64,000 nt of DNA from Azolla caroliniana (Eukaryota > Plantae > Polypodiophyta): contig JBHGNT010000002.1 of NCBI GenBank assembly GCA_043228905.1, forward strand, positions 9,796,001 to 9,860,000, written 5' to 3'. The notes beneath the pieces were generated by a model. That model was not told the origin of the DNA and ran no database searches. It was given only the letters and a program-made list of their open reading frames with translations. The stretch's first letter is position 1; every line of letters begins with the position of its first letter. Below, piece after piece: positions 11,997 through 23,045 of the stretch. Both the position numbers and the translations under genes were made by a program.

Positions 11997-14442
11997 ATGG
12001 AAGGCGGCGGTAGTGGGCCTCCGGGCATGATGGTGTTGAACTCACAGAACTACGCCGACTGGAAGATAAAGATGGAAGACCTTCTCATCGTCCGAGACCT
12101 GTACGAACCGATCGACAATGCCGAGATACCCAAGGGGGTAATAGAGTCGGAGTGGAAGCTCCTGAACCGGAAAGCCGTAGCGACGATCCCGCAATATGTC
12201 GATGTAAGTGTCCTGCAACATGTGGCGAACGATACGAACGCCTATGAGATGTGGAAGAAGCTGTCGGGCCTCTACGAGAGGAAGAATGCATTGAACCGGA
12301 CCTCCCTGATGAGGAAGATAGTGAACCTCAAGTACCGGGACGGCGAGAATATGGTGGAACACGTGAGCACGTTCATGGGATTCGTGAACCAGCTTGCGGC
12401 GATCAAGTTCCCGTTGGAGGATGCAATGCAAGCCATGATTCTGATGTGTACATTGCCGGAAAGCTGGGAGAACTTGGTGGTGACTCTCAGCACCTCCTGC
12501 ACCGAAGATAACTTGTCTCTACAAACGGTAAAGACAAGCATTTTGAACGAAGAAGCGCGTCGGAGAGATAAAGAACCGGTTTCCGATCCGAAGATGCTGC
12601 TTACCGAATCGGATCGGGGAAGACAATGGAACCGGAGTCCGCAAAGACGGGAGAAGTCGGGGACCCGGTCGCAGTCAAGAGGAAGACCCACATGCTTCCA
12701 CTGTGGGAAGCCGGGGCACTTCCGGAAGAATTGTCGGCATTACCGAAAGGACAACGGAGCCGACGACACCGATTCGAAGAAGTCACCGGAGAGAAACGGT
12801 GCATACCGGGGAGCCACGGACCGGAGAGGTCCGGATCGGCGAGGGCAGGACCGGAAAGGAACGACGGCACTCGCGGCAAGTGAAGAAGAGATAATGCTCA
12901 TTACCGAAGAGAGGGAGCTGAACCTTGCCGGTGTAGAGATGACCTGGGTGGTTGATTCCGGAGCGTCGTTCCACCTGACCCCGGAGAAGAAATACTTCTC
13001 ATCCTACACAGCCGGTGAGCACGGCTGTGTCCGGATGGGAAATGAAGGTACATGCCGGATTGCCGGCATAGGAGACGTGTGGCTGATGACATCAACCGGA
13101 TGCAAGATGCTCCTGAAGGATGTACGACACGTTCCGGAGGTTCGATTGAACCTGATTTCGGCCGGGAGGCTAGACGATGAAGGCTACACGGGTAGCATCC
13201 GGAACGGTGTCATGAAGTTCAGCAAAGGGAGCCTGATAGTGGCTCGGGCCCGGAAGATCAACACACTGTACCTGATGAATTCCCGGCTATGTCCGGAGGA
13301 GCTGAACGTGGCAGCTGACACTGACGGTGAGCTGTGGCACCAGAGACTGTGCCACATGAGCGAGAAGGGGATGAAGAGGCTTGCCGAAGACAACCTGATA
13401 CCGGTAAAGCACGTACACCTGGGGAAGTGTACCGACTGTCTGGCCGGTAAGCACAACCGGACCTCCTTCCGCTCAAGACCACCGATGAGACGTAGTGCAC
13501 CATTGGAGTTGGTACACACTGATGTGTGCCAGGTAGAAACGAAGTCACATGGCGGAGCCCAGTACTTCGTAACATTCATAGATGACCATAGCCGGAAGCT
13601 GTGGACGGCACCGTTGAAGACAAAGGACCAAGTATTGTCCATCTTCAAAGAACTCCACGCGAGAGTGGAAAGGGAATCCGGCAAGAAGCTGAAAGCGATA
13701 CGAGCAGATAATGGAGGAGAATACCGAGGGCAATTTGAGGAGTATTGCCGTTCGATGGGAATTCGGCTCGAGTTTACTGTGCCGAAGACGCCGGAACTGA
13801 ACGGGCTGGCCGAGAGGATGAACCGGACCATAATGGAGAGGGTCCGGAGTATGTTAGCACATGCGAAATTACCCAAGGGACTTTGGGCTGAGGCAATGTC
13901 GACGGCGACATATGTGATAAATAGATCACCCTCAGTACCCCTGGATGGAGACACGCCACAGAGAGTGTGGACCGGTAAGGAAGTGTCCTACCGGCATCTA
14001 AAGGTGTTCGGGTGTCTCGCATACGTGCATGTGGCAAAGGACCGGAGAGGAAAGTTAGATCCCAAGACCCGGCCATGCATATTCCTCGGTTACGGCGACG
14101 AAGAGTTCGGCTACCGAGTATGGGACCCGGTCGACAAGAAGATATTCAGGAGTCGAGATATCATCTTCATGGAGGACAAGACACTCGCCGACTGGGAGTC
14201 GGAGAAGAAGATGAAGAGCTCCAAGTCGACCGGTGAGAATCAACTCTACGAGGAGCAGTCCCGACCGGCAAGGGACCGGTTAGCACTCGAGGATCCGGCC
14301 GAAGACGGTGAAGAAACAGAACCGGCCGACGAAGATGAAACAGATACCGGAACCGGCCCCGATCCCGAAATGGATTCGGATGAAGAGGAAACGGAGGAGC
14401 CGGTTACCGAAGCCCCGGAACGGAGATATCCTCTAAGAGAGA
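11997..14442 (+). CDS. Copia C polyprotein 5' part: Gag, zinc knuckle, protease, integrase (open up to the LINE insertion)
   Basis: 818-aa ORF with CFHCGKPGHFRKNC, WVVDSGASFH, LVHTDVC, IRADNGGEY and NGLAERMNRT. Confidence 0.95.
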
Positions 14443-15395
14443 TAGATAGATAGATAGATAGATTATATTATCGTCTTCGGAGGTCAAATATGACCTATGA
14501 GACCAAAAATATTACATTTCACGTGATATGTGTGAAAGTGAGTAGTGACTCTCGATGTTCAAGAACTTTACCAATGAATGTTGCAATCGAGAGTGCACAT
14601 TGTGGTTGTGAGAGGAATTCATGCAAAGATTGGGCTCGATCGAAGAGATGTGTAAAGCATGGTCGAATATGATCAAAGGCAAAGCATTGTATCAAAGTGT
14701 GATACTCAGACTCGCGAACTTGTTTAGGGCAAAGTGCGCATAACCGACCACTCTCATCACTTGTACCCCAACGCCCTGTTTCACATCGCAATGCATGTGA
14801 GCTAAGTCGCATGGAAGCAATGGTTCGAATGGAAGATAACGGTATGGGCTCTAACATGTATGGATGTGTACGATTTCCCCGTTCCGCGAAGAATATGGTT
14901 TTGTAGTTCGGTGCAACATGTGTAGTATAATGTGTGAAGCGTGAGCCTCCACATTTGTCCCATGTCATGATACATTGGCGTTGCAAAAATGCCTCATTTA
15001 CAGAGGAATCTAATGATGCATCATGAAGCAAGTGTCTCGCATCCCATCTACCAAACCATTTTTCTATATCTTGCATCCAACCGGAACACAAAATTTTGCT
15101 TTTATGCGTCTTTTGGATCTTTTTGCTTGCTTCCCACGCAATTCTAGGAAGTCGATGTGAGGGACTTTTTTGAACCTTAAGCATGTATTCAACAACCCTT
15201 TCCATGGCCATGATCTCAATGGGAAGCGATCCCGTCTCAAGGAGGAGGAGGGTGTAGGGCGTTTGTTTCTTAACTTGTAGAAACTTGGTAAGAAAATGCT
15301 TTTGGACATTTTCAAACTCTTTCCACATAGATTTAGGGATGCTACCGCCCCATACTTCCACCCCATAGAGAAGAACCGGTGTCACCAAAGTGTCG
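14443..15395 (-). mobile_element. 5'-truncated non-LTR retrotransposon (LINE), RTE-X-like
   Basis: Open frame to a stop at 14519 with LFDTLVTPVLLYGVEVWG and C-terminal RLSSHALRCETGRW...CALC...ESEYHTLIQC. Short 3' UTR, (TCTA)n tail, AGAGA/AAGAGAGA duplication at both junctions. Confidence 0.85.
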
Positions 15396-15396
15396 A

Positions 15397-17029
15397 AGAG
15401 AGAAGGGCCCCCCGGAGATTTCCGGATCCAGAGCACGTGTTGCTGACCGATGAGGGGGAGCCGGAGAGCTTTGAAGAAGCAAAGCATGACACCCAGAGCC
15501 GCAAGTGGTTGAGTGCCATGCAGGACGAGATGGATTCCCTGCATGAGAACCACACATATGAACTTGTGGAGTTGCCGAAAGGAAAACGGGCACTTCGAAA
15601 CAAGTGGGTGTTCAAGCTGAGACCGGGAGATGCCGGCAACCCCCCGAGATACAAAGCCAGGATCGTGGTGAAGGGGTTCCAGCAGAAGAAGGGCGTCGAC
15701 TTCGATGAGATATTTGCCCCGGTAGTGAAGATTACCTCCATCCGGACGGTGCTGAGCATAGCGGCAAGCATGGACCTCGAGGTAGAACAGATGGACGTGA
15801 AGACGGCATTCCTTCACGGTGACCTCGAAGAAGAGATCCACATGCAGCAACCGGAAGGATTCGAGAAGAAAGGGAAAGAGCACCTGGTATGCCGGTTGAA
15901 GAAGAGCCTTTACAGACTGAAGCAGGCTCCCCGGCAATGGTATCGGAAGTTCGACTCTTTCATGACCAACGAAGGATACCACAAAACGCAGTCCGATCAC
16001 TGCGTGTTTGTGAAGGAGTTCGAAGGAGGAGACTTTCTAATACTCCTCCTGTACGTGGACGACATGTTGATCGTCGGACGGGACCAGGTCAAGATACGGA
16101 TGCTGAAGAAGGCTCTTCACCGAACCTTCTCAATGAAGGACCTGGGTCCAGCGAGGCAAATACTAGGGATGCACATCATCCGGGACCGGAGGAAGAAGCA
16201 GTTGTGGCTGTCACAGGAGAAGTACGTGACAAAGGTGCTTCAACGGTTCAACATGTCGGAAGCAAGACCGGTCGGATCAACCCTCCCGACAAACTGCAAG
16301 TTATCCGGGAAGCAAAGTCCCAAGACAAAGGCTGAGAAGGAGGATATGATGAAGATACCATATGCCTCTGCCGTCGGGAGCTTGATGTACGCAATGGTGT
16401 GTACCCGACCGGACATTGGATACGCAGTCGGAGTGGTGAGCCGGTATATGAGTAATCCCGGCAAGGAGCACTGGAACGCAGTCAAATGGATACTCCGATA
16501 CTTAAAGGGCACTTCGAACATGTGCCTCCGATTCGGCTCCGGTAAGCCCGAACTCGATGGATTTACCGATTCGGACATGTCGGCTGATGCGGATACCAGC
16601 CGGTCTACATCTAGGTATGTAATGACATATGCAGGGGGAGCCGTTTCGTGGCAGTCGAGGTTGCAGAAGACGGTTGCGTTGTCAACCACGGAGGCGGAGT
16701 ACATGGCGGCTGTTGAAGCCGGCAAGGAAATAATATGGATGAAGGAATTCATTAGAGAGCTCGGTATCCGGCAGGAGGAGTACCGGCTCTACTGCGATAG
16801 TCAAAGTGCCATCCACCTTGCGAAGAACGCGGCCTACCATTCCCAGACGAAACACATCCAGCGTAGATACCACTGGATCCGGGAAAGGATAGAAGACAAG
16901 GAGTTCGTGCTGACGAAGATCCACACGGACGAGAACGGGTCGGATATGCTGACCAAGGTGCTCACACCCGACAAGCTGGAAGCATGCCGGAAGAGGATCG
17001 GATTGGAGAGACATCCCATGCAGAAGTGA
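15397..17029 (+). CDS. Copia C polyprotein 3' part: reverse transcriptase and RNase H
   Basis: Open frame with QMDVKTAFLHG, LLLYVDDML, FTDSD, STTEAEY, YCDSQSA and SDMLTK. Confidence 0.95.
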
Positions 17030-17039
17030 AGGGGGAGTT

Positions 17040-17739
17040 TGTTGGGATTTCGGTCCCTCCGGATGGGATGTCCGGAGATGAATGACGGCAAGCCCGGTTG
17101 CGGTTACGGAACCGGAGGATGAAGAGTACCCGGCATGAAGCCGGATGAAGAGTACCCGGCTACGGAGTCGGATGATGAAGACCCCGGCTAAGGAGCCGGA
17201 TGATGAAGAGTACCCGGCTACAGAGTCGGATGATGAAGACCCCGGCTACGGAGCCGGATGACGAATGTACCCGGAGAGAGATCCGGATGCGGGGACATAT
17301 TTGTGAATATGTTTGCCAAGGGCCCTTGAGGCTATATTTGTAAATAGCCCGAAAGTCATATGTGTATAAATATGACTTAGGGCAAACAGTTTTGCGGTTG
17401 TTACTCATTTTTCTGGTTTTCCACTTAGAGGGAGCTAAGTGAGCAGCCGAGAGAGAGAGAGAGAGAGAGAGACGAAGAGGTCGTTGCCTCTGTGTATTAC
17501 CGCCGTCTGTGGCGAAGACAGTGAGCTCAAGGTTGTTGCCTTGAAGCTTCACCATTGTACATCTCTGTTCATAGTGATAGTTGGAGTTTGAGGACTCCCG
17601 TGGTTTTTCCCATTTAGGGTTTTCAACGTAAAATATCCTGTGTACTCTTCTTTCTATTGTCTTCGTGCATTTTGGTATTTCCCGTTTTCTGTGTGAGTTG
17701 ATCCTATTCCTCGGTTGTGGCCGAGCACTGTCTACAACA
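17040..17739 (+). repeat. 3' LTR of Copia C
   Basis: Follows PPT GTGAAGGGGGAGTT; direct repeat of 11260-11965. Confidence 0.95.
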
Positions 17740-17744
17740 ATACG

Positions 17745-20289
17745 GATGTGTGTCAAGTAGAAACGAAGTCACATGCCGGAGCGCAGTACTTTGTGACGTT
17801 CATAGATGACCACAGCCGGAAGCTGTGGGCCACACCGTTGAGGACAAGGAACCAAGTGCTATCTGTCTTCAAAGAGCTCCACGCGAGAGTGGAAAGAGAA
17901 ACCGGCCGGAAGCTGAAGGCGGTTCGAGCAGATAACGGAGGAGAATACCGGGGGCAGTTCGAGGAGTACTGCCGCTCGAAGGGAATCCGGTTCGAATTTA
18001 CCGTGCCGAAGACGCCGGAACTAAACGGACTGGCCGAGAGGATGAACCGGACCATAATGGAGAGGGTCCGGAGTATGCTTGCGCATGCAAAACTACCCAA
18101 GAAGTTTTGGGCTGAGGCATTGTTGACGGCGATATATGTGATAAATAGATCACCCTCAGTACCCTTGGACGGAGACACGCCACAGAGAGTGTGGACCGGT
18201 AAGGAAGTATCCTACCGACATCTGAAGGTGTTCGGGTGTCTCGCGTACGTGCATGTAGCTAAGGACCGGAGAGGAAAGTTAGATCCAAAGACCCAGCCAT
18301 GCATATTCCTCGGTTACGGTGACGATGAGTTCGGCTACCGAGTGTGGGACCTGGTCGACAAGAAGGTATTCCGGAGTTGAGATATTATCTTCATGGAGGA
18401 CAAGACGCTCGTCGACTGGGAGTTGGAAAAGAAGATAATGAACTCTGAGTCGACCGGTAAGGATCGACTCTACGATGAGCAGACCCAACCGGCAAGAGAC
18501 CGGTTAGCACTCGAGGGACCAGCCGGTTACGGTGAGGATACCGAACAGGCTGAAGAAGAAGTAGAGGAAGTTGAAACCGGAACCGACCAAGACCCCGAAT
18601 CGGATTCGGATGAAGAGCAAATGGAGGAGCAGGTTACCGAAGCCCGAAGACGGAGATATCCTCTTAGAGAGAGAAGGGCGCCCCGGAGATTTCCGGATGC
18701 AGAGCATGTTCTGCTGACCGATGAGGGGGAGCCGGAAAGCTTCGAAGAAGCGAAGGTTAACACCCACAGCCGCAAATGGTTAACTGCCATGTAGGATGAG
18801 ATGGATTCCCTGCATGAGAACCATACATACGAATTGGTGGAGTTGCCGAAAGGAAAGCGGGCACTCCGAAACAAGTGGGTGTACAAGTTGAAACCTGGAG
18901 ATGCCGGCAACCCCCCAAGATACAAAGCCAGGATCTTGGTGAAGGGGTTCTAGCAGAAAAAGGGCGTGGACTTTGACGAGATATTTGCTCCGGTAGTAAA
19001 GATGACCTCCATCCGGACGGTGCTGAGTATAGCGGCAAGCATGGACCTCGAGGTAGAGCAGCTAGACGTGAAGACGACATTCCTTCACGGTGACCTCGAA
19101 GAGGAGATCTACATGTAGCAACCGGAAGGATTCGTGGAGAAAGGGAAGGGGCACCTGGTTTGCCGGTTGAAGAAGAGCCTCTACGGGTTGAAGCAGGCCC
19201 CCTGGCAATGGTACCGGAAGTTCGACTCCTTCATGACCGATCAAGGGTACCACAAGACGCAGGCCGATCACTGCGTGTTTGTGAAGAAGTTCGAAGGAGG
19301 CGACTTCTTGATACTCCTTCTGTACGTGGATGACATGTTGATCGTCGGACGGGACCAAGTCAAAATACGGATGCTGAAGAAGGCTCTAAACAGGACCTTC
19401 TCAATGAAAGACTTGTGTCCGGCAAGACAGATGCTGGGGATGCATATTATCCGGAACCGGTCAATGAAGCAATTGTGGCAAGTACGTGACAAAGGTGCTT
19501 CACCGGTTCAACATGTCAGATGCGAAACCGGTCGGATCGACACTTTCGGCAAACTGCAGGTTATCCGGTAAGCAAAGCCCGAAGACGAAAGTAGAGAAGG
19601 TGGATATAATGAAGATTCCATATGCCTCTGCCGTCGGGAGCTTGATGTACGCAATGGTGTGTACTCGACCGGATAAAGGATACGCAGTCGGAGTGGTGAG
19701 CCGGTTTATGAGCAATCCCGGCAAGGACCACTGGAACGCGGTCAAATGGATACTCCGTTATTTGAAGGGCACTTCAAATATGTGTCTCCGATTCGGCTCT
19801 GGAAAACCTGAACTGGATAGTTTCACCGATTCGGACATGTCGGCTGATGTGGATACCAGCCGGTCTACATCCGGGTATGTAATGACATATGCAGGGGGAG
19901 ATGTTTCGTGGCAATCGAGGTTGCAGAAGACAGTTGCATTGTCAACCACAGAGGCGGAGTACATGGCGGCTGTGGAAGCCGACAAGGAAATATTATGGAT
20001 GAAGGACTTCATCGGAGAGCTCGGTATCTGGCAAGATGAATACCGACTCTATTGCAATAGTCAAAGTGCCATCCACCTTGCTAAGAATGCGGCCTACCAT
20101 TCCCGGACGAAGCATATCTAGGGAAGGTATCACTGGATCCGAGAAAGAGTAGATGACCAGGAGTTCGCGTTAACGAAGATCCACACGACCGAGAACGGGT
20201 CAGACATGCTGACCAAAGTTCTAATACCCGACAAGCTGGATGCATGCCGGAAGAGGATCGGACTAGTAAGACACCCCATGCCGGAGTGA
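17745..20289 (+). pseudogene. Copia B integrase, RT and RNase H with multiple TAG/TGA stops
   Basis: Colinear with Copia C 13520-17029; most stops fall at CAG/CGA codons. Confidence 0.92.
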
Positions 20290-20299
20290 AGGGGGAGTT

Positions 20300-21038
20300 T
20301 GTTCAGAGACAGGTCCCGCCGGATGCGAAAGGAGAAGAACAGTGCCGAGGCTGAAAACCGTACGAGGAGTACCCGACTACGGAGAGCCGGATGGTGCAGA
20401 CCCGGTGAAGACCGGATGAGGAGTACCCGGCTACGGAGAGCCGGATGGTGCAGACCCGGTAAGAACCGGATGAGGAGTACCCGGCTACGGAGAGCCGGAT
20501 GGTGCAGACCCGGTAAGAACCGGATGAGGAGTACCCGGCTACGGAGAGCCGGATGGTGCAGACCTGATGAGGAATGCTCACCGGATGAAGAGACATATTC
20601 GTAAATATGTTTCTGAGAGTCCATCGAGGCTATATTTGTAAATAGCCGAAAAGTCATATTAGTATAAATATGACTTAGGGCAAACTTTTAGAAAACTGTT
20701 GTTGTGATTCTTGTTGGTGCAAGAAAAGAGAGAGCGCGTAACAGTGTACAGAGAGAGATAGAGAAAGAGGTCGTTGCCTCTGTTGTAATCGCTGCCTGTG
20801 GCGAGGATCGTGAGCAGGAGGTCGTTGCCTCCGTGAACTCATTGTTGTACATTCTAGCACAGTGATAGTTTGCAGCCTGTGGGCTGCCGTGGTTTTTCCC
20901 TTGGTTTGGGTTTTCCACGTAAACATCCTGTGTACCCTCCTCTTCTTTGTGTTGTGCATTTATTTCCCGTTTTCTGTGTATGATTCTAAGCTCGGTTGTG
21001 GCCGAGCGTTGCGTATAGGGAGGGTGCTGTTCCCGTCA
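20300..21038 (+). repeat. 3' LTR of Copia B
   Basis: Follows the PPT; direct repeat of 9004-9739; followed by TSD TTTCT. Confidence 0.95.
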
Positions 21039-21043
21039 TTTCT

Positions 21044-23045
21044 GTTACCGGAGTATCCACTTGACCCTGTTCCAGTGCTCTCTTCTCGGATTGCTCATGA
21101 ACCGGCTAACTACTCTGACTACGTAACCAATGTCCGGCCGGGTACACACCATTGTGTACATCAAGCTCCCAACAATGGAGGCATATGGTATCTTCCTCAT
21201 ATCCGTCTTCTCTGCCTTTGTCTTAGGGCTTTGCTTTCCGGATAGCTTGCAGTTTGCCGGAAGTGTAGATCCGACCATTTTGCCTCCGACATGTTGAACC
21301 GTTGAAGCACCTTTGTCACGTACTTCTCCTATGACAACCACAACAGCTTCTCCGACCGGTCCCGGATGATGTGCATCCCCAAAATCTGTCTTCATGGACC
21401 CAAATCTTTCATTGAGAAGGTCTATTTTAGGGCCTTCTTCAACATTTGTATCTTGACTTGGTCTCGTCTAACGATCAACATGTCGTCCACGTATAGTAGC
21501 AATATCAGGAAATCTCCTCCGTCAAATTTCTTCACAAACACGGAGTGATCGGCTTGCGTCTTGTGGTACCCTTGACTCGTCGTGAAGGAATCGAACTTCC
21601 AGTAGCATTGCCGGGGAACTTGCTTCAAACCGTACATGGTTTTCTTCAACCAACATACCAGGTGCTCCTTCCCTTTCCTCTCAAATCCTTCCTGTTGATG
21701 CATGTAGATCTCTTCCTCGAGGTGGCTATGTAGGAATGTGGTCTTGATGTCCAGTTTCTCTACCTCGAGGTCCATGCTTGTCGCTATGATCAATACCATC
21801 CAGATGGATGTCATCTTTACTACCGGGGCAAAGATCTCATCGAAGTCCGCTCCTTTGTTATGTTGGAAGCCTTTCACCATGATCCAGGCCTTATACCTTG
21901 GTGGATTTCCGGCGTCTCCCGGTTTCAGCTTGTACACCCACTTGTTCCGGAGTGCCCTCTTTGCTTTCGGCAACTCCGTCAGTTCGTATGTGTGGTTCTC
22001 ATGTAGGGAATCCATCTCATCCTGCATGGCACTCAACCACTTGCGGTTGTGGGAGTCTTTCTTTGCTTCTACGAAGCTTTCCGGCTCCTGCTCATCGGTC
22101 AACAATACGTGCTCTGCATCCGGAAATCTTCGGGGGGCTTTTCTCTCCCTTTGCGGATATCTCCGACCTTGATCTTCGGCAACTAGTTCTTCCATTTGTT
22201 CCTCATCCGAATCCATTTCGAGGTCTTGTCCGGTTCTGATTTCAGCTTCCTCTTCATCTTCTTTGGTAGGTTTAGTTTCTGCTCCGAATCCGGCCGGTTG
22301 TTCGAGTGGCATCCAGTTTCCGGCCGGATGGGTCCTAAACTCCTTCAGTTGATCTTTGCTTGTCAACCCGGAATTCATTATCTTCTTCTCCGATTCCTAG
22401 TCGGCAATGGTCTTATCCTCCATGAAGATAATGTCCCGACTCCGGAAGACCTTCTTGTCCACCAGGTCCCGCACTCGGTAGCCAAACTCGTCGTCGCTAT
22501 ATCCAAGGAATATGCATGGCCTGGACTTCGGATCCAACTTTTCTCTCTTGTCCTTTGCAACATGCACATATGCGAGATACCCGAATACCTTCAGATGCTG
22601 GTAAGACACGTCCTTACCGGTCCATACTCTCTGTGGTGTGTCTCCTTCCAAGGGTGTCGAGGGTGACATGTTAATCATGTACGTTGCCGTCATTAGCACC
22701 TCAACCCAAAACGTCTTGGGTAGCTTTGCATGTGCCGGCATGCTCCGGACTCTCTCCATTATGGTTCGGTTAATCCGTTCGGTCAGCCTAATCAATTTCG
22801 GCGTCTTCAGCATGGTGAATTCTAGCCGGATTCCCTTTGACCGGTAGTATACCTCGAACTGCCCCTAGTATTCTCCTCTGTTATCTACTCGAACCACCTT
22901 CAACTTCCGCCCAGTTTCTCTTTCCACTCTCGCATGGAGCTCCTTGAAGACAGACAACACCTGATCCTTTGTCTTCAACGATGAGACCCACAACTTCTAG
23001 TTGTGGTCGTCTATGAACGTCACGAAGTACTCCGATCCGGCATGT
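21044..23045 (-). pseudogene. Copia A RT and integrase fragments
   Basis: ORFs 21045-21395, 21422-22378 (LLLYVDDML) and 22397-22813. Confidence 0.9.

Larger units (their letters stand above)
11260..17739 (+). mobile_element. Copia C: young full-length Ty1/Copia element disrupted by a LINE insertion
   Basis: LTRs 11260-11965 and 17040-17739 (about 7 substitutions plus a GA-tract length change); TSD ATACG (11255-11259, 17740-17744); PBS 11969-11980; PPT before 17040. Confidence 0.97.
9004..21038 (+). mobile_element. Copia B: full-length Ty1/Copia element (decayed) hosting Copia C
   Basis: LTRs 9004-9739 and 20300-21038; 5-bp TSD TTTCT (8999-9003, 21039-21043); PBS TGGTATCAGAGC at 9742-9753; PPT before 20300; gag-PR-IN-RT-RH order. 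Confidence 0.95.
7987..23045 (-). mobile_element. Copia A: 5'-deleted Ty1/Copia element hosting Copia B
   Basis: 3' LTR 7987-8493, PPT 8494-8507, RNase H 8510-9003. RT and integrase resume at 21044-23045, then end abruptly within integrase. Confidence 0.85.

Noticed and set aside
14519-16000. 493-aa minus-strand ORF as a single gene
   Set aside because: Chimera: the first ~200 aa are antisense Copia RT and only 14519-15395 is LINE coding sequence. The plus-strand ORF 15296-17029 likewise begins inside the LINE.
17160-17756. Antisense ORFs in Copia LTRs (also 11380-11853, 8672-9358, 20130-20657)
   Set aside because: They are open because of tandem repeats and GA microsatellites; there are no protein motifs and frames are not conserved between LTR families.
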